From contig NC_057711.1 in assembly GCF_004010195.1 (NCBI RefSeq), positions 75,781,579 to 75,845,578 on the forward strand: a DNA stretch of 64,000 bases. Direction: 5' to 3'. The DNA comes from Chiloscyllium plagiosum (Eukaryota). The stretch's first letter is position 1, and each line of letters begins with the position of its first letter. The translations under genes and the position numbers were made by a program. The notes beneath the pieces were generated by a model. It searched no databases, had not been told where the DNA came from, and worked only from the letters and a program-made list of their open reading frames with translations. Positions 13,106 to 26,694 of this stretch are shown piece by piece.

Positions 13106-14728
13106 TATTCAAAGACATTCAAGCCTCCAAGCTATGAACAGCATCACAGAATTCATCTGGATTCACTGGAGTAAAGATAACGAAAAGGAGACATTTTCCA
13201 GGTCTTTAAAATGCTCAAATACAATGATAGTTCAAATGATTATTGGTCATTTACCTTTAAATCAGATTACCAAATCGAACAGCAAAATTAACAAGCGAAT
13301 TGGAAGGAAATTTCTCCCTTTGCATAGAGAAAATGTGGAACACACTTTGACTCAGAGCAAAGGTTGCATTCATGACTTAAAAAAAACTGGTGAAGAAAAG
13401 ATAATGTAAGAATAAGTAGGGATAGAGGTATTCAAATAATCCATGGAACAAAATGATCTCTGCTACAGAGGCTGTGAAAATATTTATGCAAACCAATTAT
13501 TCAATTTTGAATAGTGTAACATTTCTGATGGAGTAGGCAGTGTAAAAGGAAAAGTACATGATATTTTCCCTCGGGTAATTTAATAAATGTGGTAGATTTC
13601 ATGATAAATTCAGCCTACAGAAAAGCAAGTCTGATAGTCAAGTTTCATCCTCAATTTACAATTCACTGAAAAGTAATGTTTTTAGACTGATTAATTAGCA
13701 TATACTTAATATACAACAAGCAGCATACAATGTTAATTTCAAAATATTTAGTTCCCAACTAACAGTTTGAGAACAAAATATAAACGTTCAAAAAATACAA
13801 AACGAAAACAACTTTCTTTTAAAATATTTTAAATCTTTACAATTAAACACATAATGCATTTTTTTTTAGTTTTGAATTTTACCGATCTTGAAAATTTCCA
13901 TAACATTCTTTGAGTCAAAACCTATTCTGTTTAAAATTTACTTCAACAATACTTTGATGAAAACATCTAAACTCCGTCACAGCCAAAAGCTGCTCCATTG
14001 TCATATCATCCACTTTTTTTGAGGACAAGGTTCAGTATCTACCAATATTCTGCCACTCAAACATTAATAACTTAATTAACGAGCATTCACCCTGATCATA
14101 TACAGCTAGGTTTTTGTCACTTCACTCATCTGCTTAGTTTATATATAAAATTAAAGGTAAAATAAAACACAATCTGCAGAATAATGGTCACCTACAAAGA
14201 GTCTTCAAGGTGCTTTCTTTATCAGGTTTTGCACTTTGCACGAAGTATTTGTGTTGTCTATATAAGGAAATAGGTGGAAAAGCATCAGAGGAACATAATT
14301 TAAAATACTACTAGTGCTTTTGTTACATTTAATATTGATGTAGTACATTTACAAAAGCAGATACCATCATGTTCACATTTTACATTGTTATGGCTATACC
14401 TTAAGGAATCAAGGCAGTTGTGATCATTATTTCTGAAGGAAATAGAACTGAAATACAAAAAGGTTTTTCCTCAAATATATGTCCATTGATTTGGCAACAT
14501 CAATTTATACACTTGAGGTTTAAAAACGGAAACATTGTCATACAGCTAATTATGTGCGAATCTGGCTTTATTAATTCCTGAGACTGATTCAAATGCTAAA
14601 ATATTTGATGCTTATACCTTAAGAGATACACATATATACATATAAATATATACTCTATTTATAAAAGTTTAAATTGTAGAGATAGATATGCTCTTGAATA
14701 TAGTTGCAATATTGATCAGATTACTCAC

Positions 14729-14842
14729 CAAGATTTATCCATATCCCACCATGTTTCAGGATCTTCCATATTGTTTCAATGTAATCAACAACATTATGTG
14801 CTGTGTCAATGAAGAAACATGTTGCTACACAATCCCATGTGT
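14729..14842 (-). CDS. CARNMT1: CARNMT1 coding exon 6 ([39 protein letters not shown])
   Basis: Translated by hand; [15 protein letters not shown] motif; CAG acceptor, GTGAGT donor; 114 nt, phase 1 to 1. Confidence 0.96.
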
Positions 14843-14950
14843 CTGTTGATACAAAAAAGCTGAAGTTATTTTACACTTTTGTAACATGAAGAGCTGTGAA
14901 AGAATTTCATCCATGCTTTTAACAAACTCTAAGACAATAATTATGATAAT

Positions 14951-15305
14951 GGTGGGCTCAGTGGTAAGCACTGCTGCCTCACAGCACCAGGCACCCAAGT
15001 TCAAATCCAGCCTTGGGCAACTCTCTGTGTGGAGTTTGCACATTGTCCCTGTGGCTGCATGGGTTTACTCCAGGCATGCCAATTTTCTGCCACAGTGCAA
15101 AGGTGTGCAGGTTAGGTGAATTGGCCATGCTAAATTGCCCATAGTGCACAGGGATGTATAGGTTAGGTGCAATAGTCAGGGAACATGTAAAGTAATAGGG
15201 TAAAGGAATGTGTCTGGGTGGGTTACTCTTTGAAGGGTTCATGTGGACTTGTTAGGCCAAATGACCTGTTTCCACACTATAGGGATTCAATTCTATGAAT
15301 CTATG
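14951..15305 (+). mobile_element. HE1/V-SINE-like SINE, full length
   Basis: A box GGCTCAGTGG, B box GTTCAAATCC, V domain, CR1-like tail. Confidence 0.85.
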
Positions 15306-15534
15306 AACATTTAGGTTCAGCTGCACCCAGGCAAATCTCTACATAAAGTTCACTAGATCAGTTATGAACACTATAGACAGGAGTTTCTTGGCCAGGGACT
15401 TGTTGAAAGGCAGGGGTGCACTGCTATCTTAGCTGTAAGAAATAGCTTCTGGAAATCAAGTTATATCCATAATGATATGGATATACAGATGTCCTGCTTC
15501 CATCTTGGTTAATGGTCTCTCACAATCTATAAAC

Positions 15535-16215
15535 AGATGGAGTCATACAGCACAGAAACAAACCTTTCAGTCCAACTTGTCCATGCTGACCAAATTTCCG
15601 AAACTAAACTAGTCCCATTTGCCTGTATTTTGCCCATATTTCTCTATACCTTTCTTATTCACACTGCTATCCAAACATGTTAAATGTTGTAACTATACCT
15701 GCAGCTATCACATCCTCTGGCAGTTCATTCCACATATGAACCACCCTGTATGTGAAAAAGTTGCCCCTCAGGCCCTTTTTAAATCTTTCCCCTCTCACCT
15801 TAAAAGTATGACCTGGATTATTATTCCCCCACCATAGCAAAAAGACCCTTGTCATTCACCTATGCCCCTCATGATTTTATAAACCTTTATAAGGTCACCC
15901 CTCAACCTCCGACACTCCAATGAAAACCATTCCAGCCTCTCCTTACAACTCAAAGTCTCCAGTCCTGACAACATTCTTGTAAATCTTTTCTGAAACCTCT
16001 CCAATTTAATGATATCCTTCCAATATCAGGGCAAGCAGAACCGTACACAGCAGCCTCGTCAACGTCTAGTACAACCTCAACATGACATCCCAACTCTTAT
16101 ACTCAGAAGTCTGAGCAATGAAGGCAAGTGTGCTAAACACTTTCTTAACAACCCTGTTTACTGGTGATGCAACTTTCAAAGAACCATGTACGTGAACCCC
16201 TAGGTTTCTCTTTTG
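15535..16215 (-). mobile_element. CR1 LINE 3' fragment
   Basis: FKVRGERFKKGLRGNFFTYRVVHMWNELPE on minus; CR1 tail. Confidence 0.88.
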
Positions 16216-16219
16216 TCAA

Positions 16220-17185
16220 CAGTTGATGGAATATTATACACTTAACTGGAAGAATGTAACCCAACAACACTCAAGAGGCTTGACACAACCAGGACAAAGC
16301 AGCCCATTTGATTGGCATCTCATCTGTCAACTTTAACATTCATTTTTTCTATTGTCAATGCACATGACAGCAGCTCATTGTCTCTTTCAATAATATCCAC
16401 CAAACATGCAATATCTACAACCAAGATGGTTGAGGGGAGCATGTAAATGGGAATACACCGTCACCAACATGGAACTATAAATTTTGTCCTTTCATGTCAC
16501 TTGGTCAAAAACCATGAACTCCCTAACAGCGCTTTGGGAGTAATTGTACAATATGAAGTGGTTCAAGGACGCTGTTCACCATTTTCTCAAGAGCAATTAG
16601 GGATGGGCTATAAATGCTGGACTAGACTGTGATGCCTAGAATCTGTGAAGGAATAAAATATTTAACTGCGAGGCAGTTAAATGTGATGCCAAATGTCAGG
16701 AATGTGATGCCAAATTCCTACTTGCCTGGATAAATGCAGCTCTAACAATAGTGACACCATCCAGGACAAAGCAGCCCATTATGATTGTTTGTGGATGTAG
16801 TGCCAATCACTCCCTCCACCACTGAGGCACAGTAGCAGCAGGGGGCACACACACAAGATGAAATGCAGAAATTCAACAAGGCTCCACAGCCACCAGATTT
16901 TAAATCCACGACTGCTACCATCTAGAAGGACAAGGGCAGCTGATACATGGGAGCACCACCACATGCAAAATCCTCTCCAAAGCACTCGCCATTCTGAACT
17001 TGGGAAAATATGGCTGTTCATTCTTGGTCACAGAGTCAAAATCCTACCATTCTCTTTCCCATAGCATTGTGGATGTACCTAGACCACATGGACTGCAGCA
17101 GCTCAACATCATCTTCATAAAGGCAATTAGCAATGGATTATAAACGCTGGCACTACTAGATAGGCCTACATCTTAGAAAGAATAA
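16220..17185 (+). mobile_element. Two tandem decayed LINE 3' fragments (L2/CR1 group)
   Basis: Both contain ACTT..CTGGA..AATG...GACAC.A.CCAGGACAAAGCAGCCCA and end GCAATTAG..ATGG..TATAAA.GCTGG...GAATAAA. Confidence 0.6.
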
Positions 17186-19327
17186 ATTTTAAAAATGCAA
17201 TGGCAATTTTAATCTTTATATAGATTGGACAAATCCAAATGCCAAAGATGCCTTAAAAATGATTTTGAGGTGTATTCCATAAAGCTTCTTAGAACATTAT
17301 CTTCTTGAACAAACAGGGAGCAAACTCACATTTATTGGTAAGATGCAAGAGGCAGAATTAATTAATGACTAATAGAGAAAAGGTAGGGAAAACTAATAGT
17401 GTGAAAGTCTGACAAATCTCCAGCTCTTGATGACCTACATTCCAGGGTCTGAAACGAAATGGTTGCTATCTTCCAAAACTGCCTAATTTCCAGAAAAGTC
17501 CTAGCATATTGGAAAACTGCAAATGTAACATTACTTCAAGAAGGTAGGAAAACAGAAAGCAGAAGGCTACAGGCCAGTTAAGCTAATAGCTAGGAAATGC
17601 TTGAATTATTTATTTAGGGATGGAAATGGTCAAAACAAAAAAGATTTGAGTTTTTTGGAGCAAGTTATTATATTGACAGTACAGCTCAAAGCAGCAAAGT
17701 CACTTCAGAGGGTGTTTGGAAATAATGAACGCAAAAAATATTGATTGAATTGCTGAAAGACAGCTAATAAACATCAGGAACTTGTACCTGTTTGATAGGC
17801 CACACCTGAGTACAATATAGTCAGGCAATTAAAACTAATACCACTTCTCTTTATGAGACACCTTTAACAAAATCATATGTCCCAAGGTACCTCAGAGAAG
17901 TTAAAAGCGAAGTACATGGAGAAATTGGAATAGATGACCAAAAGCCTAGTCAACATGGCGGGTTTTAAGGAGTGTCTTGAAGATAAAAACAAATCAGTTA
18001 GAGAGTCAGAGAGGATTAGGAAAGGAATTGTACTGGTAGGCTTCTGGGGACACAGCTAAGAATAATACAGGAAGTAAAACTGGGATGTTCAGGAAGATGA
18101 ATGCAGCTATCAAGGAGAGCTGTGAAGCTGAAGGAGATCACAGATGTTGGATGGGGGGTTGGTTGGTGGTGTTGTTGGAGGCACCCATTGAAGGTGGCAT
18201 TAGCAGATCAGATGGAATAAAGATGGAGAAACTGGGAAAATGCAGTCATAGAGTCATACAGGATGGGAACAGACCCTTTGGTCAACTTTGTCCATGCCAA
18301 CTAGACATCCCAACCTGACAGAGTCCCATTTGCCTGTATTTGGCCCATATCCTCCTAAACCCTTCCTATTCACAGACCCATCCTTACAGGAAGCATGGAT
18401 TGAGGAAACTGTGGGAGTCAGTGGGTTGTAGTGGTACGGGTGAACAACCTAATCCAGAAATGTAGACAGCGAAGTCATGGAAGTGTCAAGAGAGGGATAA
18501 GGTGAAAGTCAGAGCTAATGGACAGTTTAAGCAAAATTGATCATTTTTTTCCAATTCCATGTAAGACCAAGCAGCAGTAACGATTAATGTCATTGGCAGT
18601 TGGAACTCGGAATTGGACTAGAACACAGCATGCTCTACATACCCTACAAGGAGACAAACATAACTGGGCCCACGACATACCTATCGTCAACCTCTGAGTT
18701 AAAGGAGTTGTTGTTTAAAGTGCAAGCTATCTTGGCCAAGTAAAAGTGCTTGGTGATCAATGAGGACTGCCCAGGCCTCCTTTTGAGGAGCAAATGGAGA
18801 ATTTTCAGACTATTCTAATTCACTTGTCATGTAGAAAGATTGCACATTATTGCTTTAATTTGAGCATTAATTCACTTCTCTTCTAGATATGACAATTTGA
18901 AAAATTTTAATTTCACCACCATGCGCCATGGTGGGATTTTAACTCATAACTCCATAACATTAGCCTGAGTCTCTGGATTACTAGTTTAGTGACAATATCA
19001 TGTCACTATCTCCCTACAATAGTATCATTTTTAATTGTGCAAATTCTGAATTCTGTGAGCTGTATTCATGCAGTAATGTATTGATCAATGGGCTCTTTCT
19101 CACCTTGCACCCTAATATAGAACACCATTCATCAGGAGCATTCACTTAGTGTTCAAGGCGTTTTTCAGAGGTTTTCAAAATATCTGCAGTTTGCGTTTTT
19201 TACACTTCAGAGAGATTTAGGGTAGAATACACTTAGAAAAAAATCTCTCCCAACAGAGATAACAGTGTGGATTAGTGGTGCTGGAAGAGCACAGCAGTTC
19301 AGGCAACATCCGAGGAGCAGTAAAATC

Positions 19328-19355
19328 GACGTTTCGGGCAAAAGCCCTTCATCAG
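19328..19355 (-). ncRNA. Minimal hammerhead ribozyme, intact core
   Basis: Minus strand CTGATGA-A-GGGC(TTTT)GCCC-GAAAC-GTC; short imperfect stem I (attc/gatt). Confidence 0.75.
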
Positions 19356-19380
19356 GAATACAGGCAGACAGCCTGTATCC

Positions 19381-19408
19381 CTGATGAAGGGCTTTTGCCC
19401 GAAATGTC
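19381..19408 (+). ncRNA. Minimal hammerhead ribozyme, one substitution (GAAATGTC)
   Basis: CTGATGA-A-GGGC(TTTT)GCCC-GAAATGTC. Confidence 0.65.
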
Positions 19409-20676
19409 GATTTCACTGCTCCTCAGATGCTGCCTGAACTGCTGTGCTCTTCCAGCACCACTAATCCAGAATCTAGTTTCCAGCATCTGCAGTCATTGTT
19501 TTTACCTAGAGATAAGACTGTAGCTACTTGTAGCTCCGCTGGTTTAAGTATGTTCTTTGGTTTTGCTGATGCATTTCAAAAATATTGTCATGTACATTTC
19601 ATATCACCTTTCAGTCCCACTATTGCTGGGAGAGGCAAAGTTACAGCCATTAATGTTTTAGTCAGCATTTCAGTTGTAGCTTGCTTATTTGTTACTTTTA
19701 AGCAGTTTTAACAGCTCTGAACATTCCTTTGACTCTTTTTGTACAGCTCAATATCAGTACCTCATGGTGGAAGTCACATGACTACAATATGCCAGGAGAC
19801 CCACTGGTAGAGTATTGCATTTCTATCCCAAACAATGAAATCTGGAAAAATCTCAGGGGGTTTGCTAAGAGGGGTGTTCCTTTGGCTGGAGAGCCTACAG
19901 CTAGGGAGCGTGGTCTCTGATCATTTAGAACTGAGGTATGGAGGAATTCCTTTACTCAATGGGATGCAAACTTTTACAATTCTTTTCTCCAGAGAATATC
20001 CCCAGAGGATGTTCAAAAGGTTTGAGTACAGGCAAGCCTGAGATGGATACTCTTAGATCCTAGAGAAAATCAAGTCATGGTGATTCCAATGGAAAACAGA
20101 ACTGAGATTGAAGATGAGCCATGATCTTACTGTATGATCGACCAAGCTCAAAAAGCCTTCTGGCTTACTCCTGCTCCTAGTTTTTGTGCTATTATACAGA
20201 ATCTCCTGCTCTTATTTCTTATATTACTGTACAGAATGTAGAAAATTACATCCATTTGTCATAATTGGAAGTAAACTCCATAAAAGGAATTAGCTATTTT
20301 TTGCTAAATTCAACTTAAACAAAAGTATCAGTGGTCTATAATTGTGGTTGTTGCATTACAAGAATAGAGGATAAGCACTTCATAATAAATTGCTTAAACA
20401 TAAACATAAGCAATTGTGAAATAAAATTCCAATATTGGGACGAAAATGCTTTGACTGCATTGCAACTCAAAGCTAAAAACAGAAAATTTCGAAAACATTG
20501 CATTTTAAATCTCGAGCTTTACTCCACAAATCAAGTTTAAAAGCTAAAATGATTCTTAATACAACAACTAATTTATGACCTATTATTAAATATTTGAATT
20601 ATAAATGTACTCTGGAAAAAATGCAAACCAGTCTAAATAATAATGCTCACAAAATGCCATGAATGGATCGACTTAC

Positions 20677-20855
20677 TTGGCTCTGTATAGATCTCCTGGA
20701 AATCTCCAGCTGTCATAGAAAAATTAGTGTGAGATGGAAGACTATGAGAGTTAACATCTGGAAAATGGACTGGTCGAATCTGATCAGCTGATCGCTTGTT
20801 GTTACTAAATTGATGTATCCAGGGATACAGTGTCATTGTGTTAACTCCAGTACAT
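20677..20855 (-). CDS. CARNMT1: CARNMT1 coding exon 5 ([34 protein letters not shown]...[15 protein letters not shown])
   Basis: [11 protein letters not shown] and [12 protein letters not shown] motifs; poly-T/AG acceptor, GTAAGT donor; 179 nt, phase 2 to 1. Confidence 0.96.
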
Positions 20856-21217
20856 CTTTAAAAAAAATGAATTACACATTTTAATGCACAAAAATTATTT
20901 ATATTTTCCAAACAAACAAAACTCTTAAGTGCTGAAAATCCAATAAAATCAGACAAGTGTTGGAAATAGACAAATCAGTCAGCAAGAATAAAGAGGAAAA
21001 GCAAGTTAATATTTCAAGTCAGACTGTTGGAATATTAATATAATGGACATAGCCTATATTTTCCCTTTATAAATTCTGCTTAGCCTGCCATGTAATCCAG
21101 CATGTTCTGTATTGTTTTTAAAATAAGTCAGACAGCTTTAATAATTTAAAGTAGAAAACACTTTAAGACTACACACTCTACAGCAAGTGCAGCTCAAGTT
21201 TTTAAGTCAGTCTTTAC

Positions 21218-21358
21218 CTGTTGAGTACAAAATGTGAACAGAAGAGCATGTATAGACTCCATTCATTACCCTGGCAGCTATAACCCAGTCTAGCAATTTC
21301 CCAGGCTAGTCTTCCAAGTCCTGCTCCTGGTACAAGTATGTTCATGTCAGCAGGATTG
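21218..21358 (-). CDS. CARNMT1: CARNMT1 coding exon 4 with SAM-binding motif I ([41 protein letters not shown])
   Basis: Translated by hand (absent from ORF track); [10 protein letters not shown] glycine-rich motif; CAG acceptor, GTAAAG donor; 141 nt. Confidence 0.96.
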
Positions 21359-21449
21359 CTGTATTGAGAAAGCAATATATATTGTAACAATTAATTCCAT
21401 TTGCAAAATCTCAGCTGGGAAATTAAACAATGATCAAGTATCACAGGAT

Positions 21450-22000
21450 AGAAGTACATAAGAAATAGGTGCTGGAGTAGGCCTTTCAGCCTCTCAAGCC
21501 AATCCTGCCATTCAACTGACGATGGCTGATCTGTCTCAGGTCCCGACTCCTCTTTTGTGCCATCTCCTCAAAGCCCTCAACCGCCTCGATATTTCAAAAA
21601 TACAACCACCTCTTCATTAATTACTTTCTAGTGATCAAGGCTCTACAGGTCTCTGGTGTAGAAAATTCCAGACATTCACTGTCTTCTGGAAGAAGGAATT
21701 CCATCATACGTCAGTTTCAAAAGACTTCCCTTATTCTGTAAATATATTCCCTAATTCAAGATTTTCCCATGAATGGAAACATCTTTCCAACATCTAACCT
21801 GTCAAGCCCCATCAGAATCTTATATGTTTCAATAAGATCACTCCTCATTCTTTCAAACAAATGAATAAAGGCCTAATGTGTTTAGCTGTTCTTGAAAGTC
21901 AATCCCTTCATCCCAGGAATTATCCTAGTGAATCTCTTTTGAACTACCTCCAATGCAAGTATACCTTGTCTTAAATACAGGGACCAAAACTCTCTACAGT
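21450..22000 (-). mobile_element. Older CR1 LINE 3' fragment
   Basis: Minus-strand (TTCTTATG)-type tail near 21455 and CAGTTTTGG-like CVQFW remnant near 21985. Confidence 0.65.
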
Positions 22001-23399
22001 CACAGTTAAATGGTTTAAATGGATGTCAGATTTTGTACCTTAATATGTCATTTACAACAACAAATCAAGACGACTGAGACTTTTGAGCTTGCAAATACAA
22101 ATTAAACCATTTCTTGTTTGAATTTCTATATTTTAAATGCTTTCTGTGTACTCAGTCAACAACCATTGTACAAAAGTAAGTTATCATCTAAAATCCACTG
22201 TTCAAAAATAATGAAAGTTTCTTATCATAAGATAAAACATTGAGGTTATTTTATGTAGTATTCAAGTGGATGATGATTGATAGCTGTCTGTCTTTCGCAG
22301 CAACATGATCTACTTGCTTCAACATTATTAAGTAGTCATTTGAGTATCCATGTGCAAAAGAAAGGTTTATTATTAGTCTTCATTCTGTTGTCAGACCATA
22401 GATGTATATAAACTCGGTCAGATGCCAAAACTTCAACTATATTATAGAAAAACAAGAGCAGCAAAGACAGCACAAGGATGAAATTAGAAAAGCAAAGAGA
22501 AATGCTGTCAAGCAGAATCATGGAAAATCCAATGCTGTTTTCAAAATATATAAAGAGCAAGAAGATAATCAGGGAAAGAGTATGGCCAATTAGTGACAAA
22601 AGGGTCAAGGTGGAAGACACGTGCTTGCTTCTTAATGAATGCTTTTTTTGTTTTTACAAGAGGGGGCTAAAGTAGATATTGCAGCAAAGAAGTGGATAGG
22701 ATAAACGTAGTGAGGAAAGAAATATGAAAATGTTTAATACGTTTGTAATGATAGTCGCAAAAGAGAATCACCAGATTTTAATACCTGGGATCATTAAAAT
22801 AGCTTTAAAAAGGAAAAACACTGAATTAAAATGGCTGCTATGATCACCTGACCAGGTTGATCTAAGCATTTGATTCATGAATAAATCAAATCCAATCTAA
22901 AATTAATGTAGCACAAAGCATTCCAATGTCATTACTGGTTGTTTCGTCATATGTAATTTATCTGAATCAATTTATCTACATTTCTGTTGGCAAGAATGGC
23001 AGGGGCATTCAAAATGCTGATGTATGCTAAACACTGTAGTGAGGAGAACTTCAACATCTACAATACTTTATTTAAGAACGAGGATACTTGGCTTTGAACA
23101 GCTGAATAACTCTGATGCATTTTCTTGCATTGTTTCGTATCAAATAGGATTCTGAAAAGTCACTGTTCTTGAAAAATGTTAAAGTGCTTTTCCTTTACAA
23201 ATGCATCTTGGTAAGTGATTTTTTTTTGATAATTGCATATTTTTCCATTCCGTTGACCCAAGTACTACAAAAGCAATTTTAACTGGATAAATATAAATAT
23301 ATTAGTTGAAACCAAATCATAACAAAAAGGTAAAGAAAAAGGAGCTAACATTATGGAAAAATAAAGTTACAAGTTTACTCAATGTATAAAGGAGTCCAG

Positions 23400-24700
23400 C
23401 AGGTTGGGATTGCACACCTAGATTCACTATTGGTAGAAAATCGTCATTAACATCTCTTTCTGACACAGCTGTCTCTGGTGTGTCCCCTAAGCTCTAACTT
23501 TGGCCTTTTGTTACCTCTGACTTATATACTGCCCTCATATTATCCACAAGGAACACCATCAATTTCTAAATGTGTACTGATGACACCCACCTATACCTCA
23601 CCATCACTTCTCTCAACTCTTCTAATTGTCTCTAAATCATCACACTGCTTGTTACTGAATAAACAGAAAATTTCTCCAAGTAAACGCCTCGGGTGACTGT
23701 CTGAGTGGAGTTTGCACATCCTCTCTGTGTCTGCGTGGGTTTCCTCCGGTTGCTCATGTTTCCTCCCACAGTCCAAAGATGTGCAATTCAGGTGAATTGG
23801 TTATGCTAAATTGCCCGTAGTGACAGGTGCATTAAAAGGGAGTAGGGGAATGGGTCTGGGTGGGTTCCTCTTTGAAGAGTCGGTGTGGACTTGTTGGGCT
23901 GAAGGGCCTGTTTCTGCACCGTAGGAAATCTAACCTAATCTAATCTAAATATTGTAAAGACAGGTGGTGTTGTGTTCAGGTTCTACCACAAATCCCATTT
24001 CCTTGCCACTAATTGCATCCTCCTCTGTTGCAACTACCCGAGGTTAATCACTGTTCACAGCCTTGGTATCAAATGTGACCTCAAAATCAACTTTACCCAC
24101 ATATCCTTGCAGGGTACTAAAATTGGCCTTTTACCATCTTCATCTCTTTGCTCATGTCCAAATTGCACTGCACAAATCCTTACCCATGCCTTGTTATCTC
24201 CAAGTTCAACTATTTTTAACAAACTTCAAGACTCTACCCATCCCCGTAAACCTGAGGTCTGCAAGAACATAACTGCCTTTACTAAGTTTCATTCATTCAC
24301 TACCTCATGTGCTGCTGGCTGACTGACACGGGATCCCACTTAAGCAAGAACTCAGATTTAAAACTCTCATCCTTGTTTTCAAATCCCTCCCTTGTTTTCC
24401 CCTCTCTTATCTTTAATCTCCTCCAGCCTCAAACTTTCCTTGGTAGCTGCATTAATTTGGTCTTAGTTTCTAGAACATGCCAATTTTAAGTGTTCCATTA
24501 TTGTTGGCTATTGCTTCAGCTCCTCCTAACCTTTTCTGTCTCTTTACTTCATTATTATAATAAGATACTCCTTAAAACCTCTCTCTGTGAACAAACTTTT
24601 GGTTATCTACCCTAATTTCTCTACCTCTACACCACATTTTGTTGTATTACTTCTGAGAAGTGCCTTGGGGCATTTTATTTCGTGAAAGGCATGTAAATAT
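23400..24700 (+). mobile_element. Decayed L2-like LINE interrupted by a SINE
   Basis: TGATGACACCCACCTATACCTC (DDT.LYL, L2 YADDTQLY-like); pyrimidine-rich L2-like 3' region. Confidence 0.55.
23686..23948 (+). mobile_element. HE1/V-SINE-like SINE, 5' truncated
   Basis: V domain and (CTAAT)n tail. Confidence 0.85.
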
Positions 24701-25269
24701 CAACAGTAATTCGAAATTTTTAATTGCGTGTCTGTATTGCCCTCAGATGTGGCTGTTACAGACAGTAGCTCCTGATGTTTCGAAGCTGTCTTCAGTAACT
24801 CTATCAAATTTTGCTTTCAATATTTCCAGAAAAAGAAATATAATTCTGGTCAGGTACATAGAGTTTGGTTTTGTTATTTTAAGTAGGTTCTTTATGACTT
24901 CGTATTTTGAAGGAATCATATTGCAATTTTCTCCCCTGCTCTCTTGAAGATGATGGTTCTTGCAGATGATGCTATGTCTGTACCTTACCACAGAGCCTGT
25001 ATTCTGCATGAAACACTGATAACAAGTCATAGCAAACTAATTTTCCATATACACATTTATTTTACATCAGAAATCAATGCAGGATGAACAAGATCTTTGA
25101 TTGCAACTTTCTTTTTAACCACAGACATTTACTATGATGTTCACTGTTGTCACAAGTGAATTGAGGTAACCCTGCTCAAAATACATGGTATCTGTTCTGC
25201 TAAAATCTTCAGCTGAGTATGGTGCTCGGCTGGAAAAGCACATTAATTGATGTAGTGTCATATTTGGAA

Positions 25270-25915
25270 ACAACTCTTCGGGTTGAACCAGTTCACACTG
25301 AACATGTTCCCAAAATAAACTAGTCCCATCTGCCTGCGCTTGGCCCATATCCCTTCAAACCTTTCCTATTCCTGAACTTATCCAAGTATATTTTAAATGT
25401 TGTAACTGTACCTGCATCCACCACTTTCTCTGGTAGTTCATTCCACACATGAACCACTCTGTGTAAAAAAATTGCCATCGTGTCCTTTTAAAATCTTTCC
25501 CCTCTCATCTTAAAAATATGGCCCCTAGTTCTGAACTCCCCACCCTAGTGAAAAGACCCTTGTCACTCACCTTAGCTATGCTCTCACAATTTTGTAAACC
25601 TCTATAAGGTCATCCCTCAACCTCCTAAGCTCCAGTGAAAGAAGTCCCAATCTTGCAAGTCTATTTTTATATGTAAAACCCTTCATTCCTGGCAACATCC
25701 TAACAATTTTTTTCTGAACTCTCTCCAGTTTAATAATACCTTTCCTGTTAGAGGGCAACTGGACACAGTACTACAGAAGAGGCCTCACTGATGTCCTGAA
25801 CAACCTCAATATGACATCCCAACTGCTATATTCAATAGTCTAAACAATGAAGGGAAGAATGCTAAACACCTTCTTAACCATCCTGTCTACCTGTGACACA
25901 AATTTCAAAGAATTC
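25270..25915 (-). mobile_element. CR1 LINE 3' fragment
   Basis: KLERVQKKIVRMLPGM...LRDDLIEVYKIVR on minus. Confidence 0.88.
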
Positions 25916-25976
25916 TATTTTATTGATCTCTCATTCAAGGCTGTAATCATGTAATTTTATGTAACCAATACTGTAC

Positions 25977-26143
25977 CATTCATCCGGAGGGAAATGTTTT
26001 ACAATTTCTTCAATGATTGGTCGATAACAAGCATCCCGTTCAGCCTTGCCATCATCACTCCAATCTCTCACAAACTGCTTAATGGTAGACTTCAATTTGT
26101 CCATGTCAAAGGTAGATGCTGGTTTCAATTGTCCCAAGTCAGC
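25977..26143 (-). CDS. CARNMT1: CARNMT1 coding exon 3 ([55 protein letters not shown])
   Basis: [21 protein letters not shown]...ERDACY motif; CAG acceptor, GT donor; 167 nt, phase 0 to 2. Confidence 0.95.
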
Positions 26144-26694
26144 CTGTGCGTGTTATAACCAAGAAAATCATTTATTACTAAACTAAAGAAACTCCCAAGG
26201 TATAAAACGGCTCATTTTAAGAAAAATGTGATGCAAGATTTTGGATTTCACCTATACTTTACATTTTCTAACTTATTATGCATGTTCGATGGATTTACAC
26301 ACAGATGCAACATTCATCCCAGCCAGTCTACATTGTTGTGCATCTCCTAGATTAGCAACACCAATAAATCCCTTTATCCAAATCTTTGCTGTTTTCCTTC
26401 AACCAATGAATCTATTCTTAAATGCTGAAATAATCTTTGTTTCCATCAAAGTTGATAGTTCACAGCCCTCAACTTTTATATTCTATATTTTTTTTCCACA
26501 AAACCATTTTCTAATAGCTTGTTTTTTTCAAATTGATCTTGTCCACCAAAAGTGCTGCTTTTAAGAAATTGAGAATTTGACTCTACAAAACTCATTGGTC
26601 ATCATTTCAGCCAGTTGCCAACTCATTCAAAATGTGTGTACTGTATATATGAATAGACCCAAAATAGAACATGTGGGACACCGTCACTCATTCA

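Larger units (their letters stand above)
19268..19508. mobile_element. Palindromic PLE-terminal-repeat element (~98-bp inverted arms, 5-nt loop at 19366-19370) with a hammerhead on each strand
   Basis: 19268-19365 is the near-perfect reverse complement of 19371-19468; same family as the terminal repeat of the PLE at 43927-44909. Confidence 0.9.

Noticed and set aside
14951..15015. tRNA gene (A and B boxes), also at 9781, 26695, 39914 and 47650
   Set aside because: tRNA-derived SINE heads without a full cloverleaf, followed by SINE bodies
24755..24800. Minus-strand CTGAAGA-CAGCTTC-GAAACATC hammerhead-like motif
   Set aside because: Stem II cannot form convincingly; at best a very old PLE remnant, so not counted
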